Assembly: GCA_040954595.2 (NCBI GenBank)
Contig: CM082586.2
Coordinates: forward strand, 649,123-713,122
Direction of reading: 5' to 3'
From: Balanoglossus misakiensis
Taxonomy: Eukaryota; Animalia; Hemichordata
Length of the DNA: 64,000 bases
Both the position numbers and the translations under genes were made by a program. Positions 24,309 through 37,516 of this stretch are shown piece by piece (the stretch's first letter is position 1; every line of letters begins with the position of its first letter). The notes below the pieces were generated by a model, which did no database searches, was not told where the DNA came from, and saw nothing but the letters and a program-made list of their open reading frames with translations.

Positions 24309-26174
24309 TCAGGTCCATGGCAGAAAATTACAATGTAATATTATTCCAAGTAAATTATAAATGAGGAAATATGCTAGAATTAGTTGAGTTCTACGGTCAT
24401 TTTCTGTGAAATTTACAATTTGTCGCGTCACTACATTAGATGTAGCATAGTTGAGTAAACTCTGTGATGTAATGTTGCCTTGATTCTCATTGGTCACTTC
24501 TGAATGATTGACAGATGCTAGCGTTGTCATGGCAGCTGCAAACCAGTAAATCACAGGACAGCTGGAAGCTATGAATCTTGTCACCACCTGGCGGAAATGG
24601 AAAAATCACATCAATTATGGTAAAACACAGAAGAATACAAAAGCGTATGTAACTCTATCTCCAAAAAAAATATTTTCTTGAAAACAGAAGAGACTCACCT
24701 GAACATTCATGACTAAAACTCCAAACATCAACAAAGCAGCCATGTGAACCATATAAACAAAAACACAGTCACTATAGAAACCAACGCTGTCTTCAGATGT
24801 TTCATCATCTTGCTTCACTTTCCTTGGCATAAGTCCAAGATATTTCACAAAGTTCCACTTGGCTGAACAGTATTTGAATACAGCTATACAACCCAGTATT
24901 ATCATTGGCAGTGCTAGTAAGAAATTGGGAATTTGTTTCAGCTCATAGTACTGGAATAATCCCACATTCCAGTACTTTTCCTGGATGTAGGAATAGACCA
25001 GAGGTGGCGTGTTGTTGCACCATGGGGTTTCCCCGAAAATAAATGACGGAGTCACATCTGGAAAGTCATCTGTTTCTTTGAAGTCAATATCATCATTTTC
25101 AATGATATTCAATGGTCTGGCCACCTCAAACAAGCCAAAAAACTTTTCATCAGTGCAAAATTTGATGTATGCGTAGTACTGAAAGATGAGAAAAGGACTT
25201 ACAATAAATAAAAGAGATAGTAGACAAACAAGTCCTTTCATTACTATCCTAAAAACTGAAGCAATAAAGAGATTCAGTCTTTTTGTCCTGGAGACCAAAA
25301 CAAGTTTTGCAAATGTGTCTTTCACGAAAAAATACAGGATAAATCCACAAGAAACTGTCCCGTTAGAACGCGTTGCTGTTGCAACTGCAAAAGCTGCTGC
25401 AGCAGTGATGGTGTAATTCTTCTCCAGAAGGAACATCGCCAGGAAGCTAGCTGCAGCAAACATGGATTCGGTGTAAGCTGCAGTCATGAAGATTCCAGCT
25501 GGGTTGATACAGAACAACAATGCAGCTCTGAAGGCCAAGCTCTCATCTTTCAAAACTGTACAGCCAAGTGTATAGAGTAAGACGGCAGCCAATGCAAAGA
25601 AAACAAGGTTGGTGAAGACAGCAGAGACAAGAATCGCACTGTGCATGCTCATAACACTGAGTAGCTGCTTGGATGTCATTTGTTCCTTAGTGCTTGACAG
25701 TAACATTGGATAGAGAGGAAAGAAGGCAAATGTTTCTTCAGTTGTGTATCCATGCTCTGCAATGTACAGGAAATGTGCCGCATCCCAGTGCTGTAATCCG
25801 CCAAACAATACTTGTATAGCTTGGTCTCCAGGTTTATGGATTCCCCATTCAGGACGAAATGCATCAGCTTCATGATCAGGTATTAGGTTGTTTGCAAAGA
25901 CCTGTAATAAAGAAAATGAGTGGTTGGTTGGTTGAGTGAGTGAGTAAAACTAAAGGGGGGGGGGGGGGCTTCCGCGTCCCTAGCGACCCGACCCGGCATC
26001 ATGCCTGTTCCCCCTGTTGAACAACCCTTAGACCACTGGCGCAAATATATCTTAGAGAAATACACCTGCCATGAATTTTACCTGCAATGCAATCGTTAAA
26101 AACCTAGTAAACACTGCGAAACACAGCACCACGCCTTCTTTTCTGTCAGGTACCATCGTTCGTGTGCCCTCCAT
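24309..26174 (-). CDS. PIGV: GPI mannosyltransferase 2; exons 26174-26082, 25901-24699, 24587-24309 (524 aa)
   Basis: LIPDHEADAF, WDAAHFLYIAEHGY, FAFFPLYP, NPAGIFMTAAYTES, RSNG, YSYIQEKYWNVG, QIPNFLLA, VQVVTRF, LHCNFLPWT*; exon phases join in frame. Confidence 0.96.
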
Positions 26175-26739
26175 TGCTATGACCTTTGACACAAAGCAGA
26201 CTAGACGAATAAGCAACGGGGTATCATTCATTTCTCAACGAGCCAATGGATGAGCTTGACGCATTCAGAATGTCTGACCTGCGGACACAGCGAGAAAACC
26301 CGAAATCTCTTAAATTTTGGCCATTTCAAGAGTGCATATGCAATATATTAATGTCATTCTTTCTTTTCAATCTCTAAATTCATATCATAAGCGTGCTATA
26401 ACGTTCAAAAGTAAATTCATGTGAATTTTAGAATATGGCACAAAGGTTTATTCCTCGTATTTATAAACCGCCATTCGAACACAAAAACAGTAAAATAATG
26501 ACTATAAACCATAATTTAATACACTTTTAAAAATAATTTGTCAGTTTTTAGTTAATTTTTATTTATTTCAAGCCATTCAATATTAACTTCTCGGAAAGCA
26601 GTCAAATCATGGAATAAATTGTAATGACGAACACACAGATCGAAAATAGCCATGTATGGCTTGGGAAAGGTGTCGGGCTGTGTTTGAGAAAGTGTGTGGG
26701 CTATTCTCGGACAAATTCATTCCTTTCTTTCATAGGAAA

Positions 26740-29388
26740 ATGGCCGAGAAAGAGTGTCCGCTCCAGTTTCACGATTTTAGACCAGTTGACCACCTCAAAA
26801 TGTGTCCACGGTACACCGCAGGTAAACAAAATGTTCATATCAGGGATTTCCTTTGTTGTCAATATCCACCGGCACTGGCTGCACAGTAGCAGTGCTACAG
26901 TGGGTGTGTAGCATACACTTGCACTGTGTGCAGATAAGAAATAATGTGCTCGATCTCTAAATTAAAACAAGGATTAATCATCCAAATGGTGGATATACTG
27001 AAATGAATTGTGACTGGTTCGCATGACCTGAAATGTACATGTCTTATATCACTATTCCATTTCATTCAATCAATGGCTTCATAGACCAGTACAGTGCACG
27101 TTTTGCGGTGTTTATATTTTGGAAGCCATACAATTACATGTACTGTATAATACCTAGCAAGGGGGGATGTAATACCTCCAACATGGGTGTTAACAAGGGG
27201 TGAATTTCCTGGGCCCTGTCTATATAAAACACTGCATGATGACATCAATTACAGAGAGTGGTGTTTCGTTTCCACAGTTGTTCAAAGAACAGAGGAAGAC
27301 GGTATTGGAATAGAAGAGTTGGATACTTTGCAGCTGGAATTAGAAACACTGCTTGCAGCTGCTTCCCGTCGTATGCGACAGTTGGAAGCAGAAACTCAAG
27401 TACTTATTGACTGGCAGGAAAAGAAAGATAAAAAACTTTCAAAACTAGTAAGTACATGTACCGGTAGTTGAAAAATATTATGAAAGTTTGATGAACATAA
27501 TTATGAACTTTTGTGCATTTCATACTTGTTATTTACAGCAACACAAGTCTGAGTCTGCTTCATCTGGAAAGAGGGGCCGGCCACCTGAAGACAAACAGGA
27601 AAAACCATCTAAAAAATTCAAAGAATCCAATGGTAAACTTGGAGCCAGCACATCCCACTCTGGTCCTGGCAGACCCAAAACGAAGAAGAACATTCAGGTA
27701 AAGAACAGGAAGATTGTGTACAGTTCATGTACCTGGGTTAATAAAAAGTAAAAAAAAAATTACTTTCTCCATATATCAAGACATTATTGGTAACACAGCT
27801 GACAATATTTATCTGTGTCTTCCTTCAGCAAAAGCTACAAGAGTATGAGTTCACAGACGATCCACTGGACGTTCCCAAGATTCCCAAAAATGACATCCCA
27901 AATAGATTCTGGGCATCAGTGGAACCATACTGTGCTGACCTGACCCCTGAAGACTTGAAAGTCATTGAAGATTTGATGAAAACCACAGAGGATGAATCAG
28001 AGTATGCTAAAGTACCTCCACTCGGTAAACACTACACGCTGAGGTGGGCCCAGGAAGATTTGATAGAGGAACAGAAAGAAGGTATCTTGGTCTTGTAGAA
28101 TCTTTGCAATGCCAACAAACACTACTGCTGTAAAGAGAACTCTGTTCCTGCCAGATGTGTTACAATGTAAACATAAGGTTCTTCATTTGTTTCACAGGAG
28201 GTCGTATTCATGACAAGAAAAGAGGCTCAGCTCTAGGTAACAGCACTTCACCAAATACCAACGATGCTAAGGCGCTACTCAAGAAAGAAACACTCAGGTT
28301 TGTAATTTTTTCCGTGGTGGTCAAGAGTGCAACCTACCTTCATTACGTTCTTTATTGTACCACAAAAATAGCTGCAGTGTGTATATGTCTTGGCAATATT
28401 GCAGTGGTCTAGTTGTAATCTTAGAATATGTTTGTCAATACAGAGAACAGTCTGAAGATATCTGCCCATTTGGTCCATTGACACAGAGACTGATATCAGC
28501 TTTAGTTGAGGAAAATATTATGTCTCCCTTGGATGATGTTGCTTTGTTGGATTCAGGATCAAAGGTAAATAGAATCAGATGTTGAAATGATGTGGATGTA
28601 TACATTCAAAGTTTGATATAAATGTATGTCAGAGATAGGATTCTTTCTTGTACAACAGTGAAGGAATATCTCAACATCTGCCTTTCATTACAGGACAACG
28701 CTGGAGGCGAGGGAAATACATCGCCTAGGAACGGTAACAGACCATTTAGTGTGCCTCATACAAGAGCATTAGAAGCCAGGATTAGGGAAGAGCTTCTTTA
28801 CCAAGGTAATGTTGGGTTGAGCTTTGGTCACTTCACAATGTCCATGTACTTATGGTGACACCCCCTGACTGGGTCAAATGTACTTATTGTGACACCCCCT
28901 GATTGGGTCTACTTTTCAGGCCTGCTGGACACCGATGATCAAATTGGAGAAGAGACTGATGATGAAGTGATGGCTGAGTTGAAGAAAAGACAGGCTGAAT
29001 TGAAGGCATTGGCCGTCCACAACAGGGCACAGAAACAGAGACTCTACCGACTTGCAAAAGAAGAACTGAAAAAACAAGAAATACGAGCCAAGGCCCGAGT
29101 GGTTGATAGTGAGGTACAGTGGTATTCTTTGAATCCAAGCATTGAAATACGTATTTGAGCAAACCTGAACAAATTCATAAATTATCAAAAAATGATATAC
29201 TTGCAGAACACTGAGAGAATCGCTGTGGAATAACCAACTTTTTGTTGTTACTTGCAAAGGTCATGGAGGCTTACAGGAGAATACAAGCAGCGCGACAGAA
29301 GAAGAGATCTCCAACCAAGAAAGAACGAGAAGCAGCTCTGAGAGCTCTTCGTGAAAGGGAGACTCTCCTTAAACTTCTGGACTCCTGA
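26740..29388 (+). CDS. TADA3: Transcriptional adapter 3 (SAGA/ATAC HAT module), multi-exon
   Basis: MAEKECPLQFHDF, GIEELDTLQLELETLL, KNDIPNRFWASVEPYC, PPLGKHY..RWAQEDL, CPFGPLTQRLISALVEEN, DDEVMAELKKRQAEL, KLLDS*. Confidence 0.96.
28844..28909. repeat. 34-bp tandem duplication (about 2 copies) in a TADA3 intron
   Basis: atgtacttat(g/t)gtgacaccccctga(c/t)tgggtc twice. Confidence 0.85.
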
Positions 29389-30070
29389 AACACAGACTTC
29401 TCTTTAAGGAGGGTTCTGTATCAGTCATTAACTGTGCAGCAGACTGGATGACTCATCTCTTCAGGAGACTTCATTTTTTTCTAAGATTCAATATTTATGT
29501 GGATTTAGTTTCAGAAATAGTACACTTTATTTCAACTCAGTGATGGATGGTGTTTATGGCTTACTGTGTGTGGTATCACATATAATCATGTCTGTAACTT
29601 TCTTCGTTATCTAGAAAGTAGAAAAAGGTAAATTAGAAAGCAGTGGTGCTTGTATAATGTTTTTACTAAGTTTCGTCTTCATGTCTCATATAACTTTGAA
29701 GTACATGTATGTACAGAATTTGTCCACAATGTTGTGTTTTGATAGCTGTTTACTAAGTTATTCTGTGAGTTTACACTTCTGTGTAGAATACATCGAAGCA
29801 GCTGTAAACAGTGTGCAATTGCCATGCAGTCAAACTTTGAAATGAAAACTGAACATTCTGTATGGTTTCATGCATTTGGTAATTGTGTAATGGTATTTGT
29901 AATGGTAGACTTCTGAGGTATATAGATATGACAGTGATAAGCTATAGCTGTTGTCTTAGTTGTATAACTGATGTCACTTATTTATGAAATGAGAAATAAA
30001 CATGAGAACCGTGGCAGTTTTTGTGGTTGATTGTGTTTCTAATTTTGCTCTGAGTCAGCTGACCCTATTA

Positions 30071-30084
30071 GCGCCCTCTAGTGT
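30071..30084 (-). promoter_or_regulatory. CTCF-like motif upstream of the GHR pair
   Basis: GCGCCCTCTAGTGT = reverse complement ACACTAGAGGGCGC, 13/14 to CCACTAGAGGGCGC. Confidence 0.5.
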
Positions 30085-30226
30085 CTGTGTTGTGAGCTTT
30101 TGCACATTCATACGCTGCGCTTCCGTGTTCCGCATACATGTACTTATCTTGTCATTAATACTATTGGCAAATTCAACTGAGTACTTGCTAGTGTAACCAC
30201 TGACTCGCTGTCACCACCGGACCGAC

Positions 30227-32045
30227 ATGTCTAGTACAGGTAAGCCGTCTTTACATTTATCCAACTAAAAGAATGATAGATAAAGAAATGTTAGACTCTG
30301 AGTTGAGCTACGACCTTGACAAGGATGCGCACGTCGAACTAAAGATTTCTTTCCGTCTTTACTTTCTATGTGTACACGCTCCTGTACTTTATTGAAGATT
30401 GTATATCTGTGAACAAACCCATGTTGCAACTTTTGTCAGTTCCTGCGCTTTGCTGTGTTTGTAAGCAGTGTGCGTCCATCGCAGTGTTCCGTTGCGTTTG
30501 TCTCAAGGGTTTCTTTGAGTGAGTGATTTAAACGGGGGTTCCCACGCCTATTTGTTTTGCAATGTCAAGTTTCTTAAATGAAAAAGTTACAACGGTAAAA
30601 GTGTCCCCTTCATCAACTGGACCCCTTATCGCGTCACTTTCTCCAGAAATGTACCAGGTATAGGATTCATTTGAAACCTACGACACCAAACCTCACCCGC
30701 TTATATTGCATTTTGCAAGTCACGATTATTTGCGTGTACATGTATTTTATCAAAGACTACACCCCCTGCGCAAACAATAGCAGCACACCCATTCAGCCTC
30801 AAGCAGCTCCGTGCTCCATTCTGGGACAAAAGCAATGTGCGTTCATTCCATAAAGCAGTTCTTGCCTACCATGCCAAATAAAATGGGTGTTAGCTAGTGC
30901 TGTTAAAAACAGAGGTTCATATTTTTTTTAATTGATAAAACAAGTTGATTAATATTACATGTACTACAACTGACAGATATTGCACCAAAGACTTCTCAAA
31001 GTGTTGAAGAAGACCAATCAAACAAAGCTGCGCGACGTGCCCGTGGCGAATTTGTGCGAGGCGTCGGTACAGCTCGCAACTGGATCACAGCCGATGGATC
31101 ATCGGGGTTCAAAGCAGAACGAGGGCGCTATCACCTCTACATTGCCAACAACTGTCCGTGGTGTCACCGATGTGTGGTAACACGTTCTGTCAAGGGACTT
31201 CAAGATGTGATTTCCATGGATGTTTGTTGGTACCGACGTGATGCAGACAAAGGTTGGCAGTTCAACCCAGATATTCCAGGATGTACTAAAGACACAGTCA
31301 ATGGACAGAAGTATATCATTGATATCTATAAGATGGCAGGAATCAAACAGAGGTATGTCTGTCAATGGATAGTAGTTGTTTCTGGGTTGACATATTTGTA
31401 AACGTAAATATTATATTTTTAACATGTACTATGAATAATGTAATTTTCATGTTTTCTTTTCACAGTTCAGTTCCAATTTTGTGGGACAAGAAAACGAAGA
31501 CAGTAGTGAACAACGAGAGTTCTGAAATCATCCGAATGTTGAATTCTGAATTCAACGAGTGGGCTAAAGAGTCCATTGATCTATATCCCCTCAGCCTGAG
31601 AGATGAAATTGAAGAATTCAATGCCTGGATTTATCCAGAGCTCAATAATGGTTGCTACAAAGCTGGATTTGCCAAATCACAAGAGGCCTATGATTCAGCT
31701 GTAAGAATGGTTTTCAATGCTCTGGATCGACTTGAAGAAGTTTTATCAAAGCGACGTTTCCTGTGTGGGGACCAACTGACCGAGGCTGATATCAGACTCT
31801 ACACAACGTTGTTCCGATTTGATCCTGTGTATGTCGTCCGCTTCAAATGTAACAAGAGAATGTTGAATGATTATGAGAATTTGTCAGGCTATGTACGTGA
31901 TGTCTATCAGTTCAAAGGAGTAGCTGAGACTTCAAACATAGATCACTGCAAACAAGGTTATTTCGGTCGTAGTGGTAACAATGTTGTTCCAGTTGGCCCT
32001 GACATTGATTTTGACAGACCAACTAAGCGTTCTAAAATGCAGTAA
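30227..32045 (+). CDS. Glutathionyl-hydroquinone reductase (Xi-class GST, YqjG/ECM4-like), copy A; exons 30227-30239, 30977-31352, 31466-32045
   Basis: GEFVR, GRYHLYIANNCPWCHR, SVPILWDKKTKTVVNNESSEIIRMLN, NNGCYKAGFA.SQEAY, LTEADIRLYTTLFRFDPVY..RFKCN, HCKQGYF, VVPVGP. Confidence 0.93.
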
Positions 32046-32544
32046 AAAACAGTAAATATAGTTGGAACGCAAACAAGAATGATCATTCTTTCATGTACGT
32101 TTGAAACCTGTAAATAGGTTAGATATTATTTTTTTCTGTTGTGTGGCTGTTTTGCTTTCTTCAGTACATCAGAATAGAGTTTTGTTCCTGAATTAAAAAT
32201 CCAATATTGAGTTCTTTATCTTTTCACTGAGCTTGTGTAGTCTTATCCAAATAAGTGATGAATGTCTGAAATAAAGTTTGTTTCTTGATCATATTGTGTG
32301 TGTTTAGTGTGCGCGTCCTTGGTTCCAGATAATCTGTTTGATTATTGTAATCTTTTTGTTTGAAACCGACCTTCATTGAGATATAAAATCCAGCTCAGCA
32401 AGTTGTTAGTCTGTTTTGAAAATACATGCGCAGTCGGAATCGAACTACTTGATAAGACAGGTACAAAGAGCAGACAGTGATTTCAGTTGGTCCACTTCAC
32501 AGCTTGTTATTTGACCGAGTCGGTACGCGGAAGCAAATTATATC

Positions 32545-34037
32545 ATGGGTAGGTAAAAGAGACATAGTCTACGTGTTTCTAATGGATATAGACTTTCCAT
32601 GTGATGAAAAGTCGACTCAGTATAGAGGGAAAGCATTAGAGACCGATAGCTTCACCGTCTTAGTTCTATATATTTTCCAAGTGATTTCATTTTGTCTGGA
32701 CGATTTCTTGTATAATCACATTTGTTCGGCACTCAAAGTTGGTACTTGGTTTGCGGGTCAGGGCTGGTTTAAGCAATTATTTTTGCTTGGTCCAAAAAAC
32801 CGCAGTTTGTCCTCAACTCAGAATACAATGCAATGTCATTTAAACTGATTATTTTGTAGATTCCGAGCCAAGGACAGCGAAGAGTGTGGAGGAAGACCAA
32901 TCTGACAAGAACGCCAGAGAAGCCAAAGGTGAATTTGTACGCGGCATCAGCACTGCACGTAACTGGGTCACAGCCGACGGTTCATCGGGGTTCTTGGCTG
33001 AACCGCGGCGCTATCATTTGTACCTGATGCACACCTGTCCGTGGTGTCATCGTTGTCTGCTTACACTTCACCTGAAAGGACTTCACGACGTCATTTCCGT
33101 GGACTTGTGCTCATACCGACGTGATCCCAACAGAGGTCTGGAGTTCTGCCCATCCATCCCCGGATGTACAGAAGATACCGTTAATGGTCAGAAATATATT
33201 AATGACATCTACAAGTTAGCCGGTTTGAACCAGAGGTATTAACAATTATCACTTAATTTTTAAAAAACGTCAAGAACTATGACAGAGCTTTGTCTGTAGA
33301 TAAAGTTAATTTGTCCAGGCTATCGGCTTTGAAAATTTAAGTGTGACAGTCAATCTGTCTACCTATCTACTGTCAGTGTCAGTCCGCTTTTCTGCCTGTT
33401 TCACTTTTATTAAAAACTCTGAATAATTTTAATGTTTTCTATTCACAGTTCAGTTCCAATTTTGTGGGACAAGAAAACGAAGACAGTAGTCAACAACGAG
33501 AGTTCTGAAATCATCCGAATGTTGAATTCTGAATTCAATGAGTGGGCTAAAGAGTCCATTGATCTGTATCCCCCTAACCTGAGAGATGAAATTGAAGAAT
33601 TCAATGCCTGGATTTATCCAGAGCTCAATAATGGTTGCTACAAAGCTGGATTTGCCAAATCACAAGAGGCCTATGATTCAGCTGTAAGAATGGTTTTCAA
33701 TGCTCTGGATCGACTTGAAGAAGTTTTATCAAAGCGACGTTTCCTGTGTGGAAACCAACTGACCGAAGCTGATATTCGACTTTTCCCGACTCTCTTCCGA
33801 TTTGATCACGTGTACGTAGTTTGCTTCAAATTGAACAAGAAAATGCTCCGCGAATACGAAAATTTGTCGGGTTACGTACGTGATGTGTATCAGCAGAAGG
33901 GCGTGGCCGAAGTTTCAGATATGGATCATTGTACACGGGGGTATTTCAGCAATTTTGGGAATAAAATTATCCCAATTGGTCCCAGCTTTGATTTCGATAA
34001 ACCAACAAAGCGTTCTCAGATGAAGAGTTCTGAATAA
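32545..34037 (+). CDS. Glutathionyl-hydroquinone reductase (Xi-class GST), copy B; exons 32545-32548 (tentative), 32860-33235, 33449-34037
   Basis: RYHLYLMHTCPWCHR, identical SVPILWDKK...NNESSEI, LFPTLFRFDHVY, HCTRGYF, IIPIGP; same intron positions and phases as copy A; first exon ATG G|gtaggt inferred. Confidence 0.9.
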
Positions 34038-34662
34038 ACCCCATTGATGGGTTCCTGTAAGCTAGTTGTAAAACTAAAACCAGTTTTGCGTGTTCTGATA
34101 TTGTCTTCCTCAGTGCTTCAAACAGTTTTTAACCCATCATCTCAATGTTTGGAATAATAATTTGTCTGTCATATACAAGAGAACAATAAATGTATCTGGT
34201 TATCAACTTCTTTTAAAATAAAATAAAGCGTCTCAATTCTAGAACTACTCTCACTTAATTAAAAAGTACACCTTGTCAAGTTGTGTTTTCGTCTTGATGT
34301 GGGGTGTGACTCGGTATGAGTGAGTGAATATTCATCACCAGTTTCAAGAACAGCCGATGATCTCGCCTTTGGCGTGTTTGTCTACATGGATGGATGGACT
34401 AAACCTCGAGCTTGTGGTTTTAAGTCAAGCGGTAAGGACGAGCTTTCAGTTTAATAGGAGGGAAGGGCTTGGGAAATTTTGATGGAGAGAGAACAGTAAA
34501 GTGCGACATCTAGCGATACAGTCCAACGAGGTCAATTTGGGGCCCATTTTAGGTCAAAGTTCATGTAACTGAGTTTCATTTCCGGTCTTGCGCAAGAGAC
34601 AGAGATGTGAAGAAACCACACGTGTGGGAAACTAAACGCGTATATTCTGCTTTATTTCAAGG

Positions 34663-37516
34663 ATGGAGTACCAATACACTGACGTTACACCAGCCACACA
34701 AGGAAATATGTAAGTTATACACCAAGAAATGTTTACTATATTGCTGAAAATTTGGTTATAACTGACCAGCCGGTCATGTATGGGTACGTACGGTAGCCTT
34801 GCCCTGCGTACACAGGCCTGTGGTCCCGGCGTTACATGGCCTCCACAAATTCAATGCAATAAAAATCTGTTACAGTCTGTTCTTTCCTGTTCAGTAAAAA
34901 CGCCTGGAAACCCAATTCCATCCACAGTTTATAGGAGTTTATTTTTCACCCCATTTCAGCTTGTGTTGCCAGTGTGGTGTTGCTATTCAACCCAATCCAG
35001 CCAATATGTGTGTAGCTTGTATCCGAACCCAGGTTGACATCACAGAAGGGATCCCAAAACAAACAGTTGTTTACTTTTGTAAAGGTTGTGAAAGGTGAGT
35101 GTACATTAACTTTGATTTTGATATGGTTTAGATCTGTCACTGCCACTTTGCTTTGGTTGAATCCAACTTTATTACAGAGGTAAAATGTTCAAATTTGTCA
35201 CTTGGTTTTATGTTCCAGATATCTACAGCCACCAGATACTTGGGTTTCGTGTACACTTGAATCAAGGGAACTCTTAGCATTATGTTTAAAGAAGTTGAAG
35301 GCACTCAGTAAGGTATGGTGATACATGTACATGTAATATAGGCTTTTCACATGGACGCCATCATCCATACATCACTACTGACAATATGACGGCCAATGTT
35401 CATTTGCTGCTCTTGTTTTGTAGGTTCATTTAGTGGATGCTGGATTCATTTGGACAGAGCCTCACTCCAAGAGAATCAAAGTCAAACTGACAATTCAGAA
35501 AGAGGTGATGGGAGGGGCCGTCTTGCAACAAGTATTTGTTGTGGAAGTGATGGTTCAGAATCATATGTGTCTTGATTGTCACAGAGTGGAAGCCAAAGAT
35601 TACTGGAAGGCTTGTGTACAGGTCAGACAAAAGGTATGTAAAAACACATCCTGTACAAACCATAAGCCTGTTGTTGAACTTCAAAAGGTTGGATCTCTAT
35701 AGAGGAAACTGGGGGTGTAAGAGCTAAACCATGACATCATTCCATATCTCTGACACAAGTGTAATTTTGACATTATTTTCTCAGACAACGCACAAGAAGA
35801 CTTTCTTCTACTTGGAACAGATGATCCTGAAACATAGAGCTCACACATCCACAGTGAACATCAAAGAACATCATGATGGAGTGGATTTTTTCTACGATGC
35901 AAAACAAGATGCAAGAAAGTTGGTTGAATTTCTGCAAGTGGTGGTGCCATGCAGATACCAGTTGTCCCAGCAGTTGATATCACATGACACCCATAGCAAC
36001 ACATTCAACTATAAATTCACATATTCTGTGGAAATTGTCCCAGTCTGTAAGGTAGGTCAAATTTACCATTCTCTCCTGTTCTACCTGCTGTCTACAATGT
36101 GAACCTGTTATGTTCTAACTAATGAAATGGTTGTACATTTTTTTTCAGGACAACATTGTATGTCTTCCGCAAAAGGTGGCCCATTCTCTGGGAAACATTA
36201 GTCAGATCTGTGTCTGTACGAGAGTGTCTAATCTCATTCATCTTATTGATCCAGTTACTCTTCAAGGTAAGAGATTTCATTTGTTTGAACTTTCCATCTG
36301 TGGTGGTGATGATAGACATTGCTATAGTGTGTCTGTACTATTTTTTTTATCATTTCAGTTGCTGATGTGACTGCACCAGTGTACTGGCGGACCCCGTTTT
36401 ATAGTATATGTGACCAGAAGAATCTGACAGCGTATACTGTCATTGATGTGGAACCAATTCATGTGAAGGACATTCCACATCACAAAGGGGAGGGAGCTAA
36501 ATCAACAAAGGTGAGAAAAGAATCTCTGGATCCGATTGGGAGGAACTGTCATTTGGTCATATTGGAATTCACTAGAATGTGAGAATGAGACATGTGAGAT
36601 GCAGTGTTGGCAACTGGAAAATGTGTTTGGTGTTCAAAGGACTATAACGTGATTTTTTTCATCTGTTTCCATGGTAGCATATTCTCTCTGATGTATGGGT
36701 CGCAAGATCACAAGATCTTGGAGTCAATGACAACCAGTTTCATTGTCGAAGTCACCTGGGACATTTGCTGAAGGCTGGGGACACAGTTCTTGGATTCGAC
36801 TTTGTCAATGCAAATGTCAACAATGCAAGTCTGGAAAAAATGAAACCTGACAAAATCCCAGATGTTGTAAGTATAGTTTTGATTTAGAATTTGTTCACTA
36901 TATTTCAACAGAATTATTTTAAAAGACTTGAATGTTGCACCTCTTCATTGGATGTGTTTGTTTTGTAGGTTCTTGTCAAGAAACACTATAACAGAAACAC
37001 ACGGAAAGAAAGAAGAAATTGGAAACTGAAAAAATTGCAGAAAAATGTGGAGAATTTGGAAGATGAAAAAATGGACAGGTAGGAGGAAATAGTCTGCTTT
37101 CCCCCTCCCCCAAAATGCTTTATTATTAATTCGTACTGTGTGTTGTAAGATTCTCATGACGTATCTATCTGCATTTATTTAAATACAGGGATTATACGGA
37201 ATTTCTGGAAGATTTGGAAGAAGATCCAGACTATCGACGCAATGTCAACATTTACATCGGTAAATCAAATTGATATCTTCATTATCGGTTTCAAATGTTT
37301 GATCTTTTATTTGAAAATGATAACAGATTCCAAAGTGTAATATATAGAATACAAAACTTAACCACAATTCTTTATCTTTCAGATCGCAACAAAAATGTCC
37401 CAGTTGAAGCGAGCGATGATGATGATGCTCCCAAGATAAGTCTTCAAGAAATGATGGACGATTTGAACATTTCTTCAGATGCCACTGGTGAAGAAGGGGC
37501 GGCCATGATGGAATGA
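34663..37516 (+). CDS. NMD3: 60S ribosomal export adaptor NMD3, multi-exon
   Basis: ILCCQCGVAIQPNPANMCVAC, FCKGCERYLQPP, LVDAGFIWTEPHSKRIKVK, CLDCHR, HKKTFFYLEQ, FLEDLEED, C-terminal NES-like ISLQEMMDDLNI. Confidence 0.96.

Noticed and set aside
28082-28197. TADA3 intron beginning GTATCTTG as a possible U12 intron
   Set aside because: No TCCTTRAC branch site, and an ordinary pyrimidine tract; U2 type
30227-34037. GHR genes as bacterial contamination
   Set aside because: Both have spliceosomal introns at matching positions and are contiguous with animal genes
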